Positions 10,201-17,363 of a stretch of 64,000 nt of DNA are shown here, one piece after another. Every line of letters begins with the position of its first letter. Position 1 is the first letter of the stretch. The translations under genes were made by a program, and so were the position numbers. Below the pieces are notes generated by a model. The model saw only the letters and a list, made by a program, of their open reading frames with translations, was not told where the DNA came from and did not search any database. This DNA is from a virus: the IMG/VR virus record IMGVR_UViG_2864937364_000001, positions 1,123-65,122 of that record; one strand, 5' to 3'.

Positions 10201-13200
10201 GTCCATGTACTGGCCGATCATGCGGCGCAGCTCGGGCACGTTGATGAAGCCCGCCAGGCGGGTGACGGCTTCATATTCACCTGCGGCCGACAGCTCCACG
10301 TCCTGCACTTCCTTGGCGAACGAGCCAAACCAGCCATCCCAGGTATCCACGCCAGCGGCCTTCATCTCGTCTTCCATCACATAGCGCATCTGGTGGAAGA
10401 TTTCCGTCAGCGTGTTCGTGATTGGCGTGCCGGTGAAGGTGTGGACATTCCCGCCGTTGTTGTTGGCGCGGATGTAGCGGGTGATGAACTGCAGCGCAAT
10501 CGAGCGGTTCGAGGTCTGCGTGTTCAGGCCCTTCATGTTCATGCGGGTGCTGATGGGTGGCTTCTTGAACTCGTGCACCTCATCCACCAGCACCATGTCA
10601 ATGCCCAGTTCCTCGAAGGGAATGGCGCCCTCCTTGCTGGAGCGCATGGCCTGCTCTTTGATCGTCTCGATGATGCGATTGCGGGCCTTCACCAGCTCCT
10701 TGGCCGTGACGGACCGGAGCTTTTTCAGTTCCTCATCGTCTTCGAGCATCTTGGAGGTAATGGTCACGCCATCATCCTCGGCCGCCGCGTAGGCTTCTTC
10801 CTCCAAGGACCTGATGTCTTCCTGCGCCATGGCCATCAGCGTTTTTTCACGGAAGCTCAAGCGGTCGATCAGCGAATGGGGCAGCACGATGGTGTCCCAG
10901 TCGTCATTGGCAATCTGGCGCATCTTCACCGCGATGGTGTCCGGGCTCAGGTTGTCGACGTAGAGCACCTTCGCGCCGGGATACATCTGCTGAATCTCTG
11001 CTGCCACGGTCGCGCTGTTCGCGTTGTGGGCCAGCAGCACGGGCTTTTTGGCGATGCCATAGCGGCGCGACTCCACCGCGATGCCGCCCATGGTGAACGT
11101 TTTGCCCGTTCCCACCTCATGGCCGTTGAGGCTGCGGCGATTCACAAGCGCGCGCCAGATGGCGTTGACCTGGTGCTCGCGCAGATTGAACGGACCGCGC
11201 CCCAGGCTCAGGGCCATGCCCTCGAAAGCCAGGAAAGAGCCGTCGTACTTGGGCGTGGCGTAGGCGTTGCGGACTTCGTTGTACTCGCGCTCCTGCGCCA
11301 CACGGCGCTCGGGGTCGGACCACAGCCACTCGCCGAACTTGCCGCGCATGTCGGCAATCTTGCCGTTGGCCTCGTCGGTCGCCTCGGTGTCGAGAAACTC
11401 GTTCCCTTCACTGTCCTTGCGGCGGATCTTCACCGTCTGGTTGCTCATGGCCGCGTTCACCAACTTGGAGAACGGGTAGTGGCTGGTACCGAATCCAGTG
11501 CTGGCCTCGGCGCGGCGATTGGCCCCCTCGGGGAGCTTGACCTTCCAGCGGCCATTGATGAATGTCACGCCGATGGCGTCGCCATCCAGCATGTTCAGCA
11601 TGTGCGCCACGTAGGCAGCGTAGGTCTTCGGAGGAACCCACGTCGCGCCAAGCTGGCTCTCGATGTTGAAGTACGGGATGTCCTTGGGCACCACCTTGCC
11701 CAGCTCGTCCACATTGCGCTGCATGGCGGTATTGCCTTCGTCCAATGCAGCCTGGGCCTGGCGCAACTTCTCGCGCACGTTGCCCGACAGGTAGATGTCG
11801 GAGGGGACGATGGCGCCTGCCGGCGACTCGAATACCGCGCCCGATTCCAGCAGCGCCGCCCGCACTTCATCAACAGGCTTCTTCGCAAGCGCCGCGATTT
11901 CTTCGATGGTGGGCTCTACCGCACGATTGCGCGCCAGCACATAGGCATCCTGTGCGCTGGGGTTCTCCATCTTGGCCGCGCCGCGCATCGTGCTGCCGGT
12001 CAGGATGGCCGAAGGGCGGCCATTCACGTCTAGCGCAGCGAGCGCGGGACGGAAAGGATCGTCAAGGCGCAGAAGGTAGTTCAGACCGAAGCTATCGTTC
12101 AGCGGTCCATGCTCGGCTGTGAAAGCCTCGTAGGCCTCGCGTAGCGCCGTGCGTTTCGCGGTAGCGTCGGCGCCGCTCCGATCTGCCTCAATCAGGGCGG
12201 CATATTTGCCGCGCATGTCGATCAACGCGCGCAGCTGCTTTTCACGCAGTTCCGTGATCGCGGCGCTTTTCACCTTGTACGGGCGCACTTGCTCGGCCGG
12301 GGCCAAATGCTCGCCTCGGACCACCATCAACTGGCCGTCCTGCTCGGTCAAGGCCCCCTCGCGGTCGGCCGTGTGGTTGGTGATGTAGCTTATGTGCTTG
12401 GCGCGCTCAGCTTTGGCATAGACGCGCTCGGGCACCAGCTCCACCGCAGCTTTCAGCCTCTCGGCCATGTTCTCGGGCCGGTGCACGATCATGCCCGGCT
12501 GCATGCGGGTGGTTCCGCTGCCGAAATCGGTGGTGCCGATCACGTTGCCAGGGTTGGCCACATAGTATTCGTTGATGAACACCTCAGGGCCTGCCGGCGT
12601 CTTGTAGGCCACCGAGTTGATCCAGGGATCTGCAGGCACCTGGGACAGCGGCTGCTCGCGCTTGCGCAGGATCACGATGTCCGTGACCACCTTCGTGCCG
12701 GCGTACTCTTGGAAGGCCCCCGAAGGCAGGCGGATGGCGCTGACCAGCTCGGCCTTCTTTGCGAGTGCGGCACGGATGCGCGTTGCCTTCTTGTCCATCG
12801 TCCCGTTGGACGTGATGCCGATCACCAGGCCGCCTGGGCGGACCTGATCCACGGCCTTCAAGAAAAAGTAGTCGTGCAGGAACGGGCTCAGGCTGTTGTA
12901 GCGGCGATCTGCAATCGTGGTGTTCTCGAAGGGCCAATTGCCGATCACCACGTCATGGAAGTCGTCTGGCGTCTTGGACTCCTGATACCCCATCACCTTC
13001 ACGTTGGCATCGGGATAGAGCAGCTTCGCCATGGACCCAGTGAGGCTGTCCAGCTCAATGCCAGACAGGCGGCTGCGGGCCTTGATGTCGGCCGGCATCA
13101 TCCCGAAGAAATTGCCGATGCCCATGCTGGGCTCCAGCACGCGGCCACCCGTGAAGCCCATGCGCTTTGCCATGTCCCACATGGCCATCACGGTCGGTGG

Positions 13201-16200
13201 ATCCGTGTAGTGCGCATTGGTGATCGAGCGCTGCGCGGACTTCCACTCGTCCTCGCCCAGGTGTTCACGCAGCCACTTGTCGCGTGCCTGCCACCCTTCC
13301 TTGGGCATGGGCCTCTCCCAGGTGCCCTGGAACAGCTCTTGCCCGAACGAACCCCAGCCGGTGTAGCCGGCGAGCGTGCGCTGTTCTTCCACCGTGGCCT
13401 GCCGCGAGTCTTCGCGGATGGCGTTCAGCAGGTCAATCGCAGCTTGGTTCTTGTCGAAGCGGGCCACCTGGCCGCCGCCGACGATTTCAAGGGGGTTATC
13501 GATATGGAAGTTGCCGGGGCCTGGATTGGCGGGGCTGACTTCCTCGGGCGCCTTTACCCGGCTTCGGTTTCCGGCTCCAGCATCAGGTGCTCGCGCTCGG
13601 CCTGCTCTCGCGCGTCCGTTGGCGGCACCCCCGCCTTCTCCAGCCGAACCACTTCCTCCCACATTTTCACTTGGCACACGAACGCCATCGCTTCCAGAAC
13701 GCCCTGCGTCCGCAGGCGCAGATACATCCGAGGGCTGTCTCGCTTCCACGTCGCCAAGATCCGCTCGTGGAGAGGAATCGTCACCACTTCCCCGGCGTCC
13801 AGATACCTCTGGTGCTCGGCCTTGATCCGCTGGATGTCCGCTTGGCTCAATATCTGCATTGCTGGGTTCCTTTGTAGGGGCGTCGGCGCTAGGCGCGTTG
13901 CCGGCATTATCCGCTTCCTGCTCGTCGTCGACAGCAACAGCTTCGTGCTGCTCGATTTCGGCCTTCGTCTCGATGTCGATCACGGAGCGCTTGCTGTCCG
14001 CGCCCTTCTTGCCACCAGCCATGCCGATGTAAGCGCCTTGCAGGTGGTCCAGCGTGATGGCCTCGGCCGCCTCATCGCCCAGGTGCTGGCGCATCTGGTC
14101 GAGGGCGAACTTCGCCGAGTCCTTGAACTTGTGGTAACCCAGGCGGAACGCGGCGTCGAGCAGGCGGGTCAGCACCGGCATCAGCTTCGCCTCCTGCTCG
14201 GGCATCATGTTGAGGCGCGTGCCTTTGCCCAAGATGTCGCCCAAGTCTGCCAGGGCGGCCATCACATCGGCCTGGGCTTTCAAGCGCTCCTTACTGGGAG
14301 CGGCCTTCTTGGACTTTGTAGGCGTTCCTTTGGCGGACTGCTGTGCTGCGTTTGCCTCTGCGCGGAACTCAGCCAGATCCTTAAGTGCCATTTCCAGCCT
14401 GGCGCTGGTGGAGCTGTTGACAGTGGGGCCGTTTTCGTAGTGTCGAACGCTGTACACCGCTCCTGCAGGCGTCCACTCCAAAGAAAGTTCGAACTCGTGA
14501 GCGCCGTTGGTCAACCACCAATCGCGGTCGGATTTCTTCCTGCCTTGCTCCATCCCCGCCTCACGGGCGGCTTTAGCAAATGCGGCTTCCTCGCTGGCCT
14601 GCGCCTCGGTCAAGAATTCCTTGTCCACTGCAGACTGTTTTTCCGCCCGCTTGGAATCTGGCCGCGACTCAACTGCAGGAGCGCCGCGCTCGTCGCCTTG
14701 CGTCGGCGTGCTGTCAGGCTGCAGCGCCGCGCTTGGCGAATTCCTCACCGCGTCCAGTGCCTGGTCCACGGGCGCATCCAGCACGATGGCCTTGACAGTC
14801 TTTCCTTCCTCGGCGGCGGCCATGGCCTGGTGATGGCCGTCGATGATGTGGCCATCGCTCGAAACGATGATCGAGCGCCCTCCAGCGGCTCCTTTGGCCT
14901 GCTCCACCTTGGACGGCGAGTATTCCGACTGGGTGGGCTTGAGGTCTGCAGCGTTGACGGTGGTAGTTTCGTGGGCGATCCCCTGCGCGTTCAGGTGCTT
15001 GACCAGGCCGCCGTGCGAAGCCGTGGGCACTTGGGGCATATCCGCACGGGGCACCCCCAGGGTGCCGGTCTCGGGGGCGAATTGCTTTTCGTCGCCCACG
15101 GCCTGCGAGGCAGCGGGCGGTGGCGCGATCAGGTCGGCCAGCTTGCCCTTTAGGTCGAGGTTCAGGTCTTGCCACTTGGCGCGCGGCAGGTTCTTGCGCA
15201 GGATCGGCTTCACGCCGGAGCGTTCGGCCAGCGCCTCGCGCTCTACTGTGGTCATGCGCTGCCAGCGCTCGCCGGCCTCATCAATGCGCCTGGCTGCGTC
15301 GGCCCCTTGCCCTGTTGGCGCCCGAGTTGGCTGCACGGACGCGGCCTGCGGCTGACCCTGCGCTGCACTGCTGCCCGCCTGGGCGCTGACGGCTGCGGCC
15401 CGGCGTTGGATTTCCTTCTGCAGCTTCGCTGTGCGCTTGTGCTCCGGGCCGTAGTGGGCCGCCGCACGCTGCAGCTCGGTATCGGTCATGTCGGGGATCT
15501 GCTTGGCTGCGATCACCTTCATGGATGTGGCATCATTTCCTGATGCAGCGCCCAGTCCACCCGCTGCTTGCTCCGCACCTGCTTGCACCGGAGCTGGTGT
15601 CATGGCGGCCTGAGCCGCCACCGGGCTTTCCACGGTAGCCTGCCTGACCACCCCCTGCCGCTTGGCCTGGTCGCGCTGCGCGCGCAGTTCCAGGCCCTGC
15701 TGGTATTCAGGCGTGCCCTTCATTGCCAAGGTGAAGCCGCCGCCCTGGGCGGGCACAGGCAGGCCGGTGACGGTAGCGCCATTGCGGCGCTGGCTCATAA
15801 CATAGGCTTGGGCATCCTCGTAGCTCGGGTACACCGTTGGCGATGTGCTCGGCGCGTCGAGGATCACGCCGTCTTCATCGGTCATGGGGGTGGCCAGGGA
15901 AGCCGCCGCCTGCAACGCTCCCTGATCCGCAGCCTTCTTGCCGCTCTTCGCCTCGATTTCCGCCTGTGCTTGTTCCTGGGCGAGCTGGGCCACCTGTCCA
16001 GCAGCCCCGCTGTCCACGGCCAGCACAGCGGCGGCCGACATGCTGCCAGCCTCGGGGTCCAGGCCCATCGCCTGGGATGGGGTTTGAACGGGGGGTGCGT
16101 CGAACGTCAGCCCCTCCGCATCCGCCTTGGGCAATAACGCCAGCGGCGGCGCGCTGTTCGGCTCGCGCGGGTCAAAGCTCCGTTGCACGCTGGTCAGCGC

Positions 16201-17355
16201 GCTGGCTTCATCCTGCGGCAGCAGGCCGCCGCCCTCGGCGGGGAGGTCGCCACCCATCGGCGCGAGCGTGAGCCCGCCAGGAGCATCGCTGTTCGCAGCA
16301 GCCCCCATCCCCTTCGCGGGGGCGGCCGGCGCGCTCGGCTCTATCACCCCGTGGATGCCAGCGGCCCCGGCTCCCATCGCGCCACCCGTCAGCACGCCCA
16401 TCACGGCAGCTTCATCGAGCTTCTCGTGCCACGGCTTGCCCAGGGCAAGGTTCTTCAGCACGGTCTCTGCCAGGGACTGCGGCAGTTCTTCAAGGAAGCC
16501 TTCAGTGATGGCGCCTTCGAGCACCTTGCGCGGAATGCTTTTGATGGTGGGCTTGGCAACCGCGTTGACGGCAGCAGTAGCGGCGTCGTCGGCAAACTGT
16601 TTGGCCACGCCCTGCGCTCCCTGCGCAAGCATGGTGTCTGCGTCGCCAATGCCCAGGTAGCGCGCAAGGCGCGCACTGCCGGCGCCAACTGCGGTTCCGA
16701 TCACGCCGGTCAGGGCTGCAGCGCCCGCCTGCGCGGGCGTGAGCAACCCGTCTGGCGTCTCCTGGCGGATGGCCTCGGCCTGCGATCCGGCCATGCTCAC
16801 ACCCTCGCCAGCGGCACCGGCCAGTCCCGCCTGGCGAGCGGCCTGCGCGGCAGTCGTCGGGTTGGCGATGGCGCCCATGCCCCTTCCCGCAGCCAGGCCA
16901 GCACGCCCCATCGCGCCCCCTGCACCCATCGCTGGCAGGGATTCAATGACGGGATTGGCGATCAGCGACGGGTTCGAAAGTGCCATCATCGTCTTGTCGA
17001 TGATCCCGTCCGCCTGCTGGAATTGCGCTTGCTGCTCCTTGTACTTCTCGGTGTGCATTTCGCCAAGGAATTCCTTGGCCAGCTTGGGCCGGAACCCTAA
17101 GTCACCTTCATCGTTTTCGAGGACCTTGCCGACCCGCCCGCCCGTCACTATGTCGCCCAGACCCACCGCTGCCTCGGGCACGGCCACTACGCCCTTGGCG
17201 AGCGATAGTGCAGCGTCCTTTACGAATCCGCCCATGCCCTTGTCCTGCGCGGGGGCCGATTTCATCAGCTCATCCACAGATGAGGCCGCAGGAGCGTTCA
17301 CGCCCGCTGGCGCTGCCTTACCGTAGCCGTCGAGGAACTTGTCAACTTCGCTCAT
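4210..17355 (-). CDS. Giant (~4,381 aa) polyvalent internal virion/ejection protein: ParB-like, DarB-like N6-MTase + SNF2 helicase, zincin, LPD3-like, PLxRFG
   Basis: Start MSEVDKFLDG after AAGGA; motifs IIDGHH (~14830), VLEPSMGIGNF (~13120), GNWPF (~12935), HEVGTGKT (~11110), DEVH (~10578), TGTP, QRNGRGLRQ (~9400), HEALGH (~7980), PLSRFG (~6200). Confidence 0.9.
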   Translation of the reverse strand: MSEVDKFLDGYGKAAPAGVNAPAASSVDELMKSAPAQDKGMGGFVKDAALSLAKGVVAVPEAAVGLGDIVTGGRVGKVLENDEGDLGFRPKLAKEFLGEMHTEKYKEQQAQFQQADGIIDKTMMALSNPSLIANPVIESLPAMGAGGAMGRAGLAAGRGMGAIANPTTAAQAARQAGLAGAAGEGVSMAGSQAEAIRQETPDGLLTPAQAGAAALTGVIGTAVGAGSARLARYLGIGDADTMLAQGAQGVAKQFADDAATAAVNAVAKPTIKSIPRKVLEGAITEGFLEELPQSLAETVLKNLALGKPWHEKLDEAAVMGVLTGGAMGAGAAGIHGVIEPSAPAAPAKGMGAAANSDAPGGLTLAPMGGDLPAEGGGLLPQDEASALTSVQRSFDPREPNSAPPLALLPKADAEGLTFDAPPVQTPSQAMGLDPEAGSMSAAAVLAVDSGAAGQVAQLAQEQAQAEIEAKSGKKAADQGALQAAASLATPMTDEDGVILDAPSTSPTVYPSYEDAQAYVMSQRRNGATVTGLPVPAQGGGFTLAMKGTPEYQQGLELRAQRDQAKRQGVVRQATVESPVAAQAAMTPAPVQAGAEQAAGGLGAASGNDATSMKVIAAKQIPDMTDTELQRAAAHYGPEHKRTAKLQKEIQRRAAAVSAQAGSSAAQGQPQAASVQPTRAPTGQGADAARRIDEAGERWQRMTTVEREALAERSGVKPILRKNLPRAKWQDLNLDLKGKLADLIAPPPAASQAVGDEKQFAPETGTLGVPRADMPQVPTASHGGLVKHLNAQGIAHETTTVNAADLKPTQSEYSPSKVEQAKGAAGGRSIIVSSDGHIIDGHHQAMAAAEEGKTVKAIVLDAPVDQALDAVRNSPSAALQPDSTPTQGDERGAPAVESRPDSKRAEKQSAVDKEFLTEAQASEEAAFAKAAREAGMEQGRKKSDRDWWLTNGAHEFELSLEWTPAGAVYSVRHYENGPTVNSSTSARLEMALKDLAEFRAEANAAQQSAKGTPTKSKKAAPSKERLKAQADVMAALADLGDILGKGTRLNMMPEQEAKLMPVLTRLLDAAFRLGYHKFKDSAKFALDQMRQHLGDEAAEAITLDHLQGAYIGMAGGKKGADSKRSVIDIETKAEIEQHEAVAVDDEQEADNAGNAPSADAPTKEPSNADIEPSGHPADQGRAPEVSGRRGSGDDSSPRADLGDVEARQPSDVSAPADAGRSGSDGVRVPSENVGGSGSAGEGGGAANGRARAGRARAPDAGAGNRSRVKAPEEVSPANPGPGNFHIDNPLEIVGGGQVARFDKNQAAIDLLNAIREDSRQATVEEQRTLAGYTGWGSFGQELFQGTWERPMPKEGWQARDKWLREHLGEDEWKSAQRSITNAHYTDPPTVMAMWDMAKRMGFTGGRVLEPSMGIGNFFGMMPADIKARSRLSGIELDSLTGSMAKLLYPDANVKVMGYQESKTPDDFHDVVIGNWPFENTTIADRRYNSLSPFLHDYFFLKAVDQVRPGGLVIGITSNGTMDKKATRIRAALAKKAELVSAIRLPSGAFQEYAGTKVVTDIVILRKREQPLSQVPADPWINSVAYKTPAGPEVFINEYYVANPGNVIGTTDFGSGTTRMQPGMIVHRPENMAERLKAAVELVPERVYAKAERAKHISYITNHTADREGALTEQDGQLMVVRGEHLAPAEQVRPYKVKSAAITELREKQLRALIDMRGKYAALIEADRSGADATAKRTALREAYEAFTAEHGPLNDSFGLNYLLRLDDPFRPALAALDVNGRPSAILTGSTMRGAAKMENPSAQDAYVLARNRAVEPTIEEIAALAKKPVDEVRAALLESGAVFESPAGAIVPSDIYLSGNVREKLRQAQAALDEGNTAMQRNVDELGKVVPKDIPYFNIESQLGATWVPPKTYAAYVAHMLNMLDGDAIGVTFINGRWKVKLPEGANRRAEASTGFGTSHYPFSKLVNAAMSNQTVKIRRKDSEGNEFLDTEATDEANGKIADMRGKFGEWLWSDPERRVAQEREYNEVRNAYATPKYDGSFLAFEGMALSLGRGPFNLREHQVNAIWRALVNRRSLNGHEVGTGKTFTMGGIAVESRRYGIAKKPVLLAHNANSATVAAEIQQMYPGAKVLYVDNLSPDTIAVKMRQIANDDWDTIVLPHSLIDRLSFREKTLMAMAQEDIRSLEEEAYAAAEDDGVTITSKMLEDDEELKKLRSVTAKELVKARNRIIETIKEQAMRSSKEGAIPFEELGIDMVLVDEVHEFKKPPISTRMNMKGLNTQTSNRSIALQFITRYIRANNNGGNVHTFTGTPITNTLTEIFHQMRYVMEDEMKAAGVDTWDGWFGSFAKEVQDVELSAAGEYEAVTRLAGFINVPELRRMIGQYMDVVFADDMPEMQPRQVNGKTMASADLTEAERAELLNGRTEGATDRPYKKVVNVTSDLTAEQKTIFARLQGYARRWRSMTGKERKEAMASGAPESPIITEGMANKASFDVRLMRDDEFAGQEGSAPDDAGSKASKVVANVMDVYRSSDQATQVIFAEQGYSTSQKRSAGRDASGKKIYRTVRTFSTMRDIVERLVDQGIPREQIAMVDGSTSKEKRKEIADAMNALRIRVVIGSTDTLGVGVNMQRNLRAMHHMDAPYMPGELEQRNGRGLRQGNQWNTVMEYRYMTDRLDGRRWQILAIKQRFITAFLKSNSTTRVIEGDAAADEDNDILQSFSEAAGDPRILIREKLSKNVEALKRAERLHTNGVADAIQGIRRQNDSIAWAKKRLADMTADNLPGKVRDLLQAQANNYRATVGKAVYDSRAEAEEAMQQHLQDNIRMEASNVFVGTYAGQPVMAWWPPLQSAPHLTITMGNQEFVSGSLRGLEAQLRGLPARIEKVQQEIAGKSGSIGRLQEVSAAPFARAADLERAKKQFDALVADIAANPVPPPAWLRAGAPVESAAFRNGKEFLVTGHRWNADGWFVLAQDAKGEMAIPFAEVTDAQGMPVYEPREFEAPEVVTKEAKAPAQEAPKAAPAGDDAVQFARAKLPADGFTPAARQQAVRAVEKTAHAIQGAWHNGPQVIVAFDMNDPVVPDSARRADLKQRSGGARGAPEGFYYQGKVYLIASRLNTPNDAARVLFHEALGHHGLRGAFGGKLAPILNQIATMRKKDVDAKIREYGLRGVNALDRRAAAEEVLAEMAQNTPEIGFVRRAVAAIRTWLRETVPGFSSLRLTDDEIIRSYILPARRFVEQGGPGGGRRDEALMFSIASQPMREASTFAQAKAAVSEFQGKPLVNQQTGFVSRVSRNQLDKMLSNKAVAKSVSPAAHSMAVANVDHLFQSAILGWSKPDDHGNKNYVAIHRFFAPMERDGKVLLVKLTVKETAISTDPNPLYTVEAVEFNEESPAAQWVAASATADGVSLTSILPAGDVLSLAERIERFNTRGEPMFARSKVAELTAHATAELNKTFSAPGKLNWWHKTIGTMYNLAERSPEFKPVFEAAQGFVDDVSHYATDAAELAPRLLPKLEEWRDITKSPVSAADNKAVAKPVFEGTLAWARGDDGEPVRVADLEAQALAMTVDEKAQRLLDRGEIDPGMLRAWQGMPATSYESAINTRYQSRILAAGVIWSDAELRDLFNLTDGQIALYKEFRAATDRSLDTMGRADMLRYGGEDVKPLRAMVMDAPNIADAERLLRRHLTDLAKEKPDRAEQIAALLTGIEDRAAKVAELQGKGYAPLSRFGKYTVDVLVNGERQYFSLFETAAEANDMAAKMRTEFGDASVTQGTISDEAFKLFAGITPESLEIFGNMLGLDSEGDQAQDKAFQEYLRLTKTNRSAMKRLIHRKGIAGYSEDVGRVLASFVYSNSRQTAAGLHMGDLGQAVSEIPQGMGELKDAAMRLAQYVKNPQEEAQAVRGLLFAQYLGGSIASAFVNMSQPAAVTFPWLSQFGGARQAAAELARAAKNIATKGFVYDKDLAASLKAAEDDGTVSPQEVHQLMAQASGRGSLRSGDGTRLGDARAAGQNALARLSVAWGKVFGAAEQVNRRMTFIAAYRVAVAQGMPNAHEFAKRAVTETQFLYSKANKMRFARGAIGGTLMTFKTYSVAYLELLHRMYTQGGPEGKKAALLALGMLMLMGGAGGLPFMEDAEDVVDALAQMMGYNFSSKQARQQLLEEMLPKGVADFIDKGVSGLPGAPLDVSGRLGMGNLIPGTGVLLEKASHTRDVMEIAGPMGDFATRVLSGTRKVLTGDVGAGLLEVSPTAIRNAAKGVDMAATGMYRDAKGYKVLDTNTLEAALKSIGFQPASVATVQEANGRNQQAKNFYNLQAQQIRAKWAAGVFENDQAMVSEARQDIADWNRRNPEQPMLITVPSVMSRVREMRKSKDQRIVDSAPRVMRSSLIIH
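7085..7113 (+). promoter_or_regulatory. Putative sigma70 promoter antisense inside giant gene
   Basis: TTGAAG (7085-7090), 17 nt spacer, TAAACT (7108-7113). Confidence 0.6.
7120..7198 (+). ncRNA. Candidate ~80-nt structured antisense RNA
   Basis: Starts 7 nt after the -10; perfect 11-bp closing stem ATCCCCTGCAG/CTGCAGGGGAT; internal hairpins GGC-TTAC-GCC and CATC...GATG. Confidence 0.5.
13554..13859 (-). CDS. Nested +1-frame gene (101 aa), weak TnpV-like resemblance
   Basis: AAGGA SD then ATG MQILSQADIQ...; globular composition while the host frame is a low-complexity G/R/S/A linker. Confidence 0.55.
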   Translation of the reverse strand: MQILSQADIQRIKAEHQRYLDAGEVVTIPLHERILATWKRDSPRMYLRLRTQGVLEAMAFVCQVKMWEEVVRLEKAGVPPTDAREQAEREHLMLEPETEAG

Positions 17356-17363
17356 GCCATTCC

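Noticed and set aside
7966..12033. 1,355-aa plus-strand ORF (also 12289-15153, 5431-7110, 19946-21991, 23486-25459, 35647-37356)
   Set aside because: Antisense shadows of real GC-biased genes; no motifs and atypical composition.
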